A DNA stretch of 64,000 nt. Source: Spirochaetia bacterium (GTDB lineage: Bacteria; Spirochaetota; Spirochaetia; CAKZLE01). Below are positions 19,314-28,560 of this stretch, in pieces (the stretch's first letter is position 1; each line of letters opens with the position of its first letter). Both the position numbers and the translations under genes were made by a program. Location of the stretch: positions 9,457 to 73,456 of the forward strand of contig JAIPFY010000001.1 in assembly GCA_021736385.1 (NCBI GenBank). Direction: 5' to 3'. The notes under the pieces are model-generated. The model was given only the letters and a program-made list of their open reading frames with translations. It had not been told where the DNA came from and ran no database searches.

Positions 19314-20125
19314 GTTGCGTCTCTCCCAATGATCTTGACCGAGTCCATGGCTGCGAGCCTCTTGATCAGTTCCCCTGCCATCTCCGCAGGAGCCCCTGTC
19401 AGCTCGACACTGGTCCTTGAGCGTTCAGGTACGAAACTCTTCTTGACGTTCGTCGGCGAGTTCTTCACGCCGATCTGCGACAGATCCGCCTGGATGTCTG
19501 CATTGGTCCAGAACGCGATGTGTTCTCCCTCTTCATATGCTGCATAAATCGCCTTCATACGGGGATACCTCGGCTCGTTGAGGTCCTTGATCGCTGTCAG
19601 CAGTACCGGCATCGGTGATTCGATGACCATGTATCCGTCTTCGGTCGCCCGGGTGACCACCACGGTGGAACCGGTGATCTCCAGTCCCTGCACATAGGTC
19701 ACCTGCGGCAGACCGAGGAACTCGGCGACCTCAGGTCCGACCTGTGCGGTATCACCATCGATGGCCTGTCGACCGCAGAGGATGATGTCATATTCACCGA
19801 TATGTCTGATCGCTGCAGCGAGGATCGTTGCGGTCGCCCAGGTGTCAGAACCTGCGAAGACCCGGTCACTGAGCAGGATCGCCTTATCGGCTCCCATCGC
19901 ATAGGCTTCCCTGATCGCGACATCTGCCTGGGGGGGACCCATGCAGAGGATCGTGACGTGGACATCCTCACGGCTGTCTTTGATACGCAGGGCCTGTTCT
20001 ATGGCGTGCATATCATCAGGGTTGATGATACTCGGTACACCCTGTCTGATCAGGGTCCCGGTCTCTTTGTTGATCCGTACCTCATTGGTATCAGGTACCT
20101 GTTTTATACATACTATTATCTTCAT
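19310..20125 (-). CDS. etfB: Electron transfer flavoprotein beta subunit (EtfB), copy 1, bifurcating-type motif
   Basis: MKIIVCIKQVPDTNEV start; it contains GRQAIDGDTAQVGPEVAEFLGLPQVTYV. From memory, this matches the FAD-binding beta subunits of bifurcating Etfs rather than the AMP-binding DDDCNQTGQ type. Confidence 0.9.
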   Translation of the reverse strand: MKIIVCIKQVPDTNEVRINKETGTLIRQGVPSIINPDDMHAIEQALRIKDSREDVHVTILCMGPPQADVAIREAYAMGADKAILLSDRVFAGSDTWATATILAAAIRHIGEYDIILCGRQAIDGDTAQVGPEVAEFLGLPQVTYVQGLEITGSTVVVTRATEDGYMVIESPMPVLLTAIKDLNEPRYPRMKAIYAAYEEGEHIAFWTNADIQADLSQIGVKNSPTNVKKSFVPERSRTSVELTGAPAEMAGELIKRLAAMDSVKIIGRDAT

Positions 20126-20151
20126 GCTGCTTTCTCCTGCGCTGTTTCGTT

Positions 20152-21291
20152 TCAGCTCAATACACTCCTGCTGATGATCAGCTTCTGGATCTCGTTGGTT
20201 CCCTCGTAGATCTCCGTGATCTTTGCATCCCGGTACATCCGCTCAAGAGCGTAATCATTCATATACCCATACCCGCCATGAATCTGCAGGGCAAGGTTGG
20301 TCACGAACCGTGCGGTCTCAGAGGCATAGAGTTTGGCGATCGCACCCTCTGTCGTGACCGGCAGATTCTGATCGACCAGCCATGCTCCGCGATAGGTCAG
20401 CCATCGTGCCGCCTCGATGCGGGTCTTCATCTCTGCAAGATACCAGGCGATCCCCTGCTGGTAGCCGATGGGTTTACCGAACTGGGTTCGTTCCTTCGCA
20501 TACTTCACTGCCAGGTCGAATGCCCCTTCGGCTATTCCCAGACCCTGTGCAGCTGCTACGGTGATACGGGCTGCATCGATGGATGCCAGAGCCATGCTGA
20601 AGCCCTTACCGCGTTTACCGAGCATGTTCTCTTTCGGGACTCTCAGGTTCTCGAAGATCAGTTCAGCAGTGTCAGACCCTCTGATCCCCATCTTCTCTTC
20701 GATCTTCCCGATCTTCAATCCGGGAGTCCCCGCTTCTACGATGAACGCTGAGATGCCTTTGACTTTCAGTTCGGGCTCGGTCAGGGCGAGGATGGTATAG
20801 ATACCTGCCACACTGCCCCCTGAGATGAAGCATTTGGAACCGTTGAGCACGAAATCATCCCCGTCTTCGACGGCTACCGTCTGTACGTTCGAGGCATCAG
20901 AACCGGCATTCGGTTCGGTGAGGGCAAAAGCTCCAACCACCCCGCCTTCAAGCAGCGGACGCAGGTAGCGGTCTTTCTGCTCATGGGTCCCGAACAGGTG
21001 TATGAACCATGCGGCTCCCTGATGGATCGAATAGATGGCTGCCGTAGCAGCACACTTCTTTGCAAGTTCTTCGGTAGCTATGGTCTGAGCCATCTTATCA
21101 AGTCCCGAACCGCCGTACTCCTTGGGGAATCCCAGACCGGTGATACCACATTCGGTCAGCTTCCTGAAGGTCTCTGCAGGGAACCTGTGCTCCCGATCGA
21201 TCTCCGCTGCAATGGGTTCACAGACTTCTTCTGCGAACTTCCGTACCGTCTTCTGTACCATCTCCTGCGCGGGTGTCAGCCTAAAATCCAT
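20152..21291 (-). CDS. Acyl-CoA dehydrogenase (butyryl-CoA dehydrogenase-like), copy 1
   Basis: 379 aa with canonical ACAD motifs (FALTEPNAGSDA, catalytic Glu near YEGTNEIQ). Confidence 0.9.
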   Translation of the reverse strand: MDFRLTPAQEMVQKTVRKFAEEVCEPIAAEIDREHRFPAETFRKLTECGITGLGFPKEYGGSGLDKMAQTIATEELAKKCAATAAIYSIHQGAAWFIHLFGTHEQKDRYLRPLLEGGVVGAFALTEPNAGSDASNVQTVAVEDGDDFVLNGSKCFISGGSVAGIYTILALTEPELKVKGISAFIVEAGTPGLKIGKIEEKMGIRGSDTAELIFENLRVPKENMLGKRGKGFSMALASIDAARITVAAAQGLGIAEGAFDLAVKYAKERTQFGKPIGYQQGIAWYLAEMKTRIEAARWLTYRGAWLVDQNLPVTTEGAIAKLYASETARFVTNLALQIHGGYGYMNDYALERMYRDAKITEIYEGTNEIQKLIISRSVLS

Positions 21292-21347
21292 ATGTCTACT
21301 CCTATGCTATCAGCAGGTGCTTTCCTTATGCAGGAACTGCTGATTCA

Positions 21348-22016
21348 TTACTCTATCCAGCTGATCAGATGATCGAGATCCTCTCGTTCACTGATCACAT
21401 TGTTCGCCGGGTAGTCCCAGTCGGGGTACCCGATAGCTATCGATATAGCCAGATTCTTGCTCTCTTCGATCCGGGCCATCCGCCGTACCACCGAGCTGTA
21501 GGTGACTCCCTGTTCTGCGATGCAGGTCCCCAGACCATACTCCATGGCTGCAAGACAGATCGTCTGTACCGCCCCGCCGATATCCATCAGAGGACCTTTG
21601 GGCGAGAGGGCTTTATCGTAGGTGATCACACAGACCGCAGGTGCATCGAAATACCTGAAGCCCCGTTCTACCCAGGCCTGCCGTTTCTCCGTATCTCCCC
21701 GCTGGATATCCATCGCCCCGAACAGCTGCTTGGCAATACCCACCTGACGTTTGCGGAAGATACTCTCCTTCGGCCATTCGCTGGTACTCAGTTCCGTCTC
21801 TGCGGGGTCTCCGTTCCGGAACTTCCGGGCGTTCTCCTGCTGGATCGCCTTGAGTGCCTCACCGCGGATGACCACGAACTCCCACGGCTGACTGTTGACC
21901 GAGGAGGGGGACCTTCGGGCTGCACAGAGCAGGTGTCTCAGGATCTCATCATCTACCGGTCTGTCCAGGAACTTCCGGATGCTTCGTCTCTCATGTATCG
22001 CTTCGAGCACATTCAT
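21348..22016 (-). CDS. Nitroreductase-family flavoprotein
   Basis: MNVLEAIHERRSIRKFLDRPVDDEILRHLLCAARRSPSSVNSQPWEFVVIRG is the classic nitroreductase N-terminus. Confidence 0.75.
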   Translation of the reverse strand: MNVLEAIHERRSIRKFLDRPVDDEILRHLLCAARRSPSSVNSQPWEFVVIRGEALKAIQQENARKFRNGDPAETELSTSEWPKESIFRKRQVGIAKQLFGAMDIQRGDTEKRQAWVERGFRYFDAPAVCVITYDKALSPKGPLMDIGGAVQTICLAAMEYGLGTCIAEQGVTYSSVVRRMARIEESKNLAISIAIGYPDWDYPANNVISEREDLDHLISWIE

Positions 22017-22039
22017 CTGCTGTTCTCCCCTCTTCAGAA

Positions 22040-23599
22040 TTACTCGGGATCTGCAAAGAATCGAGCTTCCATGACTTTCAGGTCCTCTGCTACAGAGATC
22101 TCAAAGGGGATCAGATCAAGGATCTGACTCTGCAGATCGATCCCGGGGGCGATCTCTATCAGATGCAGCCCAGCCTTCGTGAGTCTGAACACACAGCGTT
22201 CGGTGATATAGAGCACCTCCTGCCCGGTGTCATTGGCATACTCCCCACTGAAGCTCACCTGCTGCACTTCCGGTGTGAACTTCAGGATCGATCCCTCACG
22301 GTCGATAGACAGCTTACCTTCTTCGTAGTGGATCTGCAGGCCTTTCACACTGAAGGGGAAGCAGTAGACTGCTTTCTTGGTGTTCTGTGTGATGTTGATG
22401 AACCCGCCGACTCCTACGATACTGTCGCCTGACCTGCTCACGTTGACGTTGCCTTCATGATCGACCTCGAGAGCTCCGAGGAAGGTCACATCAAGACCTC
22501 CACCGTCATAGAAGTCGAACTGGTAGGGCTGGTCATAGATCACATGGGGGTTTATCGCCGCACCGAAGTCTGCACCGTTGGTAGGGATCCCTCCGAGCAC
22601 TCCTGATTCGACCGTCAGATGGCAGTTCTTGCTCTTCTCGATGAACCAGCCCACCATCTCAGGAAGTCCTCCCCCGAGGTTCGCGATACAGTCCTGAGGC
22701 ACTTCCTGAGCAGCCCGTCGGGTGATGATGTAGTGAGAGAGCGACCGTTTCTTCCCTCCGATCGAGCTCCGATCCTGCATCTTGCGCAGGAACTCCGGTA
22801 TATGCTCCTCGGGCATCCTGATATCACCGGTGTAGTAGGGATTGAAGACTTCGAAGTGGGTCTGTTTCTGATTCGGTTCCACCACGACCGCATCGACCAG
22901 GAGCGCAGGGATCTTGACTTCACTGGGTTTTGCCGGCATCGAGGAACAGCGTTCGACCTGTACGATGACCTTCCCGCCGTTGGCCTTCACCGCCTGTGCC
23001 ATCGACAGGGCATCGAGGAAGACCGCCTCCTTCTCCATCGTGATGTTCCCGCGCGGGTCTACGGTAGTACCTCTGATCAGCGCATAGTCGAGCGGGAAGG
23101 CCTTGTAGAACAGGTACTCCTCTCCGTCGATCTCATAGAGGCTCACCATCTCATCTTTGGAGATGCTGTTGAGCTTCCCCCCCTCTCTGCGGGGATCACA
23201 GAAGGTCTTCAGTCCCACTTTCGTCAGCAGACCGGGTTTCCTCCCTGCCATGGCACGGAACATCTGTGAGATGACTCCCATGGGGATGTTGTAGGCTTCG
23301 ATCTTCTCAGCCGCTCCCATGTCAGCAAGAGTCAGCATCGATCGATAGTGTCCTGCGATCACTTTGGTGAACAGTCCATCGAGGCTGATCTGATCGATGA
23401 AACTGACTCTGTCGTAGATCCCCTGTCCTGCAGCCACCACGAGGGTCAGATCCCTTGGTTCCTGTTCTGCTTCGAATCGTTCCTTGATGGCGACTTCCAG
23501 CGTCTCCGGTTGTGCAAGCGGGCCGAAGCCGTTGATCGCTATGACCTTGCCGTTCTCTATCATCTGTGCAGCTGCTTCTTTCGTTACTATCTTCATCAT
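22040..23599 (-). CDS. Family-I CoA-transferase, fused alpha/beta type (acetate/acyl-CoA:carboxylate CoA-transferase; YdiF/CarA-like)
   Basis: 519 aa starting MMKIVTKEAAAQMIENGKVIAINGFG, with a C-terminal beta-like half containing the GG motif. AAGGAAG RBS. Confidence 0.75.
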   Translation of the reverse strand: MMKIVTKEAAAQMIENGKVIAINGFGPLAQPETLEVAIKERFEAEQEPRDLTLVVAAGQGIYDRVSFIDQISLDGLFTKVIAGHYRSMLTLADMGAAEKIEAYNIPMGVISQMFRAMAGRKPGLLTKVGLKTFCDPRREGGKLNSISKDEMVSLYEIDGEEYLFYKAFPLDYALIRGTTVDPRGNITMEKEAVFLDALSMAQAVKANGGKVIVQVERCSSMPAKPSEVKIPALLVDAVVVEPNQKQTHFEVFNPYYTGDIRMPEEHIPEFLRKMQDRSSIGGKKRSLSHYIITRRAAQEVPQDCIANLGGGLPEMVGWFIEKSKNCHLTVESGVLGGIPTNGADFGAAINPHVIYDQPYQFDFYDGGGLDVTFLGALEVDHEGNVNVSRSGDSIVGVGGFINITQNTKKAVYCFPFSVKGLQIHYEEGKLSIDREGSILKFTPEVQQVSFSGEYANDTGQEVLYITERCVFRLTKAGLHLIEIAPGIDLQSQILDLIPFEISVAEDLKVMEARFFADPE

Positions 23600-23602
23600 C
23601 TG

Positions 23603-24625
23603 TCATGCTTCCTTACGTTGTGCAAGTCGATCGATCAGCAGAGGCAGGATCGTGTCCCACTCCTCTGCAACACCTATGTCAGCTGTGGCGAAGATCGCCG
23701 CATGCGGGTCTCTGTTTATGGCGATGTGGAGCTTCGGGTCCTTGATCCCGCAGGTATGATGTGCGGCTCCCGATATACCGATACTCATGTACAGTGCAGG
23801 GTGGATCACCGCCCCGCTGGTCCCTATCATGGAATCCTCACGTTCTGTCCATCCCTGGTCCAGCGCGGGCCGGGTACAGCCGACAGCACCGTGGAAGAGC
23901 GAAGCGAGCTGTTCAAGCTGTTCCCAGTGCTCTTTACTCCCTATCCCCAGACCTCCGCCGATGACCACTTCCGCACTGCCGATGTCCACATCCTCTGTCT
24001 TCTGATCTCTCACTGAGGAGATCAGCCTGATGGGATCGAAAGCTCTGCTGTTCACGACCTCCAGCATGCGTACCCGGCAGGTGCGCCTGCTATCGACTTC
24101 AGCCCGCTCGAACATGCCTTTCTTGATCGTAGCCATCTGAGGCCGGGTATCAGGGCAGTAGATGTCTCCGAGGATCTTCCCTGCGAACGCCGGTACGACC
24201 TGTACATACGCATCCTGATCGAATCTCAGTTCGACACAGTGAGCTGCGAGCCCGGTGCGCAGGCGCACGGCGGCAGAAGAGGCCATCTCCGAGCCCTGCA
24301 CCGTGGCAAGGATCAGGGCGATCTCCGGCTTCACCTGCTCGATAGCCGCTTCCAGGGCATCGATGTAGAGATCGGGACGATAGTCCCGGTATGCTTCTCC
24401 TTCGATGCAGATCACTTCATCGGCACCGTTCCATCCGAGTTCCGGTGCGAATCGCTGCACATCATCCCCGATGAGCAGCGCATGGACCCGGCAGGGACGA
24501 TCCATCTGTCGCTGCAGTCTGCCGGCTTCTCCGAGCAGTTCCAGCATCCCCTCCGATGGTCCTTCATCATTGTGCGAGCCATATACGAGAATCCCAGAAT
24601 ACTTCTGTGTTTCCTGTTGCTGCAT
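23603..24625 (-). CDS. etfA: Electron transfer flavoprotein alpha subunit (EtfA/FixB-like), copy 2
   Basis: 340 aa with C-terminal MSIGISGAAHHTCGIKDPKLHIAINRDPHAAIF (FAD-binding region). Divergent from copy 1. Confidence 0.8.
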   Translation of the reverse strand: MQQQETQKYSGILVYGSHNDEGPSEGMLELLGEAGRLQRQMDRPCRVHALLIGDDVQRFAPELGWNGADEVICIEGEAYRDYRPDLYIDALEAAIEQVKPEIALILATVQGSEMASSAAVRLRTGLAAHCVELRFDQDAYVQVVPAFAGKILGDIYCPDTRPQMATIKKGMFERAEVDSRRTCRVRMLEVVNSRAFDPIRLISSVRDQKTEDVDIGSAEVVIGGGLGIGSKEHWEQLEQLASLFHGAVGCTRPALDQGWTEREDSMIGTSGAVIHPALYMSIGISGAAHHTCGIKDPKLHIAINRDPHAAIFATADIGVAEEWDTILPLLIDRLAQRKEA

Positions 24626-24636
24626 AAGTCTCTCTC

Positions 24637-25446
24637 CTAGTGTTCCTGAAGCACGCCGGCTTTCCGTATCTCGAGAAGCAGCTGTTCGACGATCTCATCA
24701 GCTGTACCGGTGAGCATCCTCACCTCCTTCTGCTGCGGCGGCTCATAGATAGCTCCTGCCTTCGTCGGAGATCCTGCATCCCCGATACGATCCTCATCTG
24801 CTCCGAGATCAGCAGCTCTGAGGATCTCATAGGGGATCCGGGTCGAGTACTTGATCCCTCTCAGGGTCTGATACTGCTTCTGAGCAACCTGACGGGTCAC
24901 CCCGCACAGCATCGGCGGTGTGACTTCATAGGTGTTCACCCCGTGGTCGGAGGCTGCCGATACCACAAAGTGGTCCTGATGGTAGTCGATCGATCGTACG
25001 TGGAGCACATGAGGGATCTGCAGCCACTCTCCGAGCTGGGCTGAGACCTGGTTCGTCCCGCCATCGGAACTCTCGTTGCCGGTCAGGATCAGATCGTACG
25101 GGCCCCGGGCAGCTATAGCCTCTGAGAGGGTATAGGCGGTAGCCAGAGTGTCGGCTCCTGCGAATTTCCGGTCACTGAGCAGTACGATCGCATCAGCTCC
25201 GTAGGCCGCTGCTTCCAGCAGGGTCTCACGACTGTCATCAGGGGCCATAGAGAAGAGGGTGATGCTCCCGCCGTGCTGCTGTTTCAGTTCAGCTGCCCGG
25301 ATCACGGCGTATCGGTCGAGCTCATTGAGCATCGCAGGAGCTCCTGCCCTCTGCAGTCTCTTGGTCTTCGGATCGACGCTGATCTTATCGTAGTATGCCG
25401 GATCAGGTACCGGTTTGATGCATACAGCTATGTTCAGTCCTTTCAT
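24637..25446 (-). CDS. etfB: Electron transfer flavoprotein beta subunit (EtfB/FixA-like), copy 2
   Basis: MKGLNIAVCIKPVPDPAYY start. The motif region reads NESSDGGTNQVSAQLGEWLQIP, different from copy 1. Confidence 0.8.
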   Translation of the reverse strand: MKGLNIAVCIKPVPDPAYYDKISVDPKTKRLQRAGAPAMLNELDRYAVIRAAELKQQHGGSITLFSMAPDDSRETLLEAAAYGADAIVLLSDRKFAGADTLATAYTLSEAIAARGPYDLILTGNESSDGGTNQVSAQLGEWLQIPHVLHVRSIDYHQDHFVVSAASDHGVNTYEVTPPMLCGVTRQVAQKQYQTLRGIKYSTRIPYEILRAADLGADEDRIGDAGSPTKAGAIYEPPQQKEVRMLTGTADEIVEQLLLEIRKAGVLQEH

Positions 25447-25464
25447 GTACGCTCCTTCTCCTCC

Positions 25465-26607
25465 CTAGCTCAACGCATCACGCGCTGCGACGATAGACAT
25501 GATATGAGAGGTACCTCCCGAAGGGATGACCGCAAGGGCATCTCTGAGATACCTGCCGATGGGATACTCATCAAGCAGCCCGTAGCTGCCCATCATATCC
25601 ATACTGCGTTTGGCGGCTCGTACGGCCGCTTCTGCACAGAAGAGTTTTGCTGAGGAGATCCTCGGCAGATACTTCCTGTCATGTCCCTGCAGGGAGACGG
25701 CATTATAGAGCATAGCATGAGAAGCCTCATACTCGGCACGATTCTGTGCGATGATCGACTGCGCGGTATAGAGTCGTGAGAGGGGTTTCCCGTAGATGAT
25801 CCGCTGCTTGGCGAACGAGATGCTCTCTTCGTAGCAGCCCCGCAGGATCCCGACAGCGATCGCGGTCATGGCAGATCGTCCGTATCGTCCGATGGTCTGC
25901 AGTGCCACACGAGCTCCGCTTCCTGCAGGTCCCATGGCATACCAGGAGGGTATACGGATCTCTTTCATGATCAGGTCCCCTGTGGTCGAGGACTTCATAC
26001 CGATCTTGTGTTCGACCCTGCCCCAGGTGAAGCCTTCATCTTCTGCAGGCACCAGCACGGCACTGATGATGTTGCGCCCGTTGGCTTCAGTACCCTCGAC
26101 ACCGGTGATGATCGCAAAATCAGCGAACCGGGCATTGGTGACAAAGCACTTCTGTCCACTCACGAGGTAGTGATCATCCCGGGCAGTGATGGTACTCGAC
26201 TGATTGGAGAAGTCAGACCCGCCGGTCCATTCGGTTACGGCGAAACTCCCGATCTTCTCTCCCTTCAGCAGAGCCGGCAGATAGAGGTCCTTGAGCTCCT
26301 GTGAGGCAAAATCCTGGATGATCGCGATGGTGATATCGTTGGTCATGAACGCGATGGCAAGACCGGCAGAGTGCCTGGCGATCTCTTCGATCATGATCGT
26401 CCGTTCGGTAAGCCCGAACCCGACTCCCCCTTCTGATTCAGGGATGAAGCTGCCTATCATGCCGAGGGCTGCCATCTTCGGCCACAATTCCTGAGGACAG
26501 GTGTCCTGCTCATCCCATTGCTTCGCAAACGGCGCTATGGTATCTTCCACAAAAGCATGTATGGTCTTTCGTACGAGCTTCTGCTCCTCAGAGAAGAATT
26601 CAAACAC
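25465..26607 (-). CDS. Acyl-CoA dehydrogenase, copy 2
   Basis: 380 aa with ACAD motifs (FAVTEWTGGSDFSNQ...). GTG start preceded by AGGAGG. Confidence 0.85.
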   Translation of the reverse strand: MFEFFSEEQKLVRKTIHAFVEDTIAPFAKQWDEQDTCPQELWPKMAALGMIGSFIPESEGGVGFGLTERTIMIEEIARHSAGLAIAFMTNDITIAIIQDFASQELKDLYLPALLKGEKIGSFAVTEWTGGSDFSNQSSTITARDDHYLVSGQKCFVTNARFADFAIITGVEGTEANGRNIISAVLVPAEDEGFTWGRVEHKIGMKSSTTGDLIMKEIRIPSWYAMGPAGSGARVALQTIGRYGRSAMTAIAVGILRGCYEESISFAKQRIIYGKPLSRLYTAQSIIAQNRAEYEASHAMLYNAVSLQGHDRKYLPRISSAKLFCAEAAVRAAKRSMDMMGSYGLLDEYPIGRYLRDALAVIPSGGTSHIMSIVAARDALS

Positions 26608-26649
26608 ATCAGCCTCCTGAAATTAGTACTTATCCGTGTATTCGGTATG

Positions 26650-26678
26650 CAGTATATCACTGCAATTACTATTTGGCA
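26650..26678 (-). promoter_or_regulatory. Candidate sigma70-type promoter for the ACAD2-Etf2 operon (-35 TTGCCA, 17-nt spacer, -10 TATACT on minus strand)
   Basis: Reverse complement of 26650-26678 reads TTGCCA-aatagtaattgcagtga-TATACT; the predicted TSS lies ~36 nt upstream of the ACAD2 start. Confidence 0.35.
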
Positions 26679-26850
26679 ACAAATATTTCGTATGCGTACA
26701 ATATAGTGAAAGACCCCTATGACGGCCCTCACAGGCTCGATACCAAAGGGATCCTTGCTCGAACGGGACGCATCTTCTGCCTGACCTTTTTTCTTCTGAG
26801 TCCATTCATCGCTTGCCCGATACGGCAGATGTACAGTACAATGATCCATC

Positions 26851-28560
26851 ATGTGGATCACAGATGGACCGGTAGGTCTCCTCATCAGCCTGGTAAGCCA
26901 GGGCGGACTCATCGTCTTCTTCGCCGTAGTGCTCTTCAGGGTCGGTCTGTTCAGATCCATCCTGTTTCGATCAGGCAGGTCTCTGGGTGGTACCATCGTT
27001 CTGGTACTGTACTTCGGCGGGATGGGCATCATCGGGACCTATACCGGCATACCCATCCAGGGAGCTCTGGCGAACTCACGGATCGTGGGTGTCTTCGCAG
27101 GAGGCCTCATCGGAGGACCTGCGGTCGGTATCATCGCAGGGATCCTGGCAGGGATGCACCGCTGGGTCATAGATATCGGGGGGTTCACCTCCGTAGCCTG
27201 TATGATCTCGACCATCACCGAGGGCATGCTCGCAGCACTGCTGTACCGTCGCTTCCAGCTCAGTTCGAGGAAGTGGCTCATCGGTATCATCGGCGGGGCT
27301 GCTGCCGAGACCCTGCAGATGATCATCATCCTCCTGGTAGCCCGACCCTTCATCGCCGCTGTGGAGCTGGTCTCCACTATCGGCATCCCCATGATCATCG
27401 GTAATGCCATCGGGATCGGGATGTTCGTGGCCATCAGCGAGTTCCTCTACCGTGATGAAGAGCGTATCGCAGCCCGCCAGTCCCAGAAGGTGCTGGAGAT
27501 CGTCGAGACGACCCTCCCGTTCTTCAAGAAGGGCTATACCGAAGAGCAGGCACAGCGTACCGCCGAGGTCATTCTCGACAAACTCGATATCGCGGCAGTG
27601 GCCTTCACCGATACCGAAAGGATCCTTGCCCATGCGGGTATCGGTGATGATCATCATCATGCGGGAGTCCCCATCCTCACGAGTTCCACGAAACAGGCGA
27701 TCAGTACCGGCACACTGCAGATCACCCTGCAGCAGAAGGATATCGCATGTCCGAACCCGGACTGTCCGCTCAGATCGGCAGTGATCGTCCCGCTGATGAG
27801 AGCCGATCATCCGATCGGTGCATTGAAGCTCTACCGTGATAAGGAGTTCGCCATCAGTCAGGTGGACCTGGAGGTCGCCAAGGGTCTTGCGAACCTGCTC
27901 TCTCTGCAGATCGAACTCAGTGAGATCGAGAAGGGGGAACAGCTTCTGGCAAAGGCCCGCCTGAGAGCCCTGCAGAGTCAGATCAACCCCCATTTTCTCT
28001 TCAATACCATGAACACGATCTCTTCGTTCATCAGCGATGACCCGGAGAAGGCCAGGAACCTGCTGCTGAATCTGAGTGACTACTACCGGAGCAGGATGCA
28101 TCTGGCTCGTGACTTCATCTCCCTTGCTGCAGAGATCGAGAACATTCATACCTATATCGAGATCGAGAAGGCCCGCTTCGGTGACAAGCTGACAGTCTCC
28201 TATGACATCAGCTGTGACCAGAGTGTCCTGCTGCCCCCGCTCATCCTCCAGCCGATCGTGGAGAACGCGGTCAAGCACGGGATCCAGAAGAGTATCCGCA
28301 GCGGCACGATCACCATCTCAGCTCACGATGCGGCTTCAGGGATCAGGATAGGGGTGAGCGATGACGGGATCGGTATGGATGAGCAGAGGCTCACGGAGGT
28401 ACAGCGGCTGGAAGACCACGCACATGGACTGGGTAATGTCAATCAGCGGCTGATCAATCTCTATGGGGCTGATCACTGCCTGAACATAGTATCTATCCTT
28501 GATAAGGGGACCACCATATGGATGACCATACCCGGCGGGGAACAGACCTCAGGATCCTGA
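26851..28560 (+). CDS. LytS-type sensor histidine kinase (5TM-Lyt + GAF + His_kinase/HATPase)
   Basis: N-terminal 5TMR_LYT-like membrane domain, a central GAF-like region, the QINPHFLFNTMNTI H-box of LytS/YehU kinases, and HATPase motifs (DDGIGM, GLGNVNQRL). Confidence 0.85.
   Translation: MWITDGPVGLLISLVSQGGLIVFFAVVLFRVGLFRSILFRSGRSLGGTIVLVLYFGGMGIIGTYTGIPIQGALANSRIVGVFAGGLIGGPAVGIIAGILAGMHRWVIDIGGFTSVACMISTITEGMLAALLYRRFQLSSRKWLIGIIGGAAAETLQMIIILLVARPFIAAVELVSTIGIPMIIGNAIGIGMFVAISEFLYRDEERIAARQSQKVLEIVETTLPFFKKGYTEEQAQRTAEVILDKLDIAAVAFTDTERILAHAGIGDDHHHAGVPILTSSTKQAISTGTLQITLQQKDIACPNPDCPLRSAVIVPLMRADHPIGALKLYRDKEFAISQVDLEVAKGLANLLSLQIELSEIEKGEQLLAKARLRALQSQINPHFLFNTMNTISSFISDDPEKARNLLLNLSDYYRSRMHLARDFISLAAEIENIHTYIEIEKARFGDKLTVSYDISCDQSVLLPPLILQPIVENAVKHGIQKSIRSGTITISAHDAASGIRIGVSDDGIGMDEQRLTEVQRLEDHAHGLGNVNQRLINLYGADHCLNIVSILDKGTTIWMTIPGGEQTSGS

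Noticed and set aside
26673-28278. Long antisense or alternative-frame ORFs inside the LytS kinase gene (26673-27404 +, 27076-28278 -) and similar ones elsewhere (29833-30780 -, 61778-62431 -, 23348-24016 +)
   Set aside because: They overlap well-supported genes with clear family similarity, have biased Arg/Pro/His-rich composition typical of GC-rich off-frame translation, and lack an RBS.
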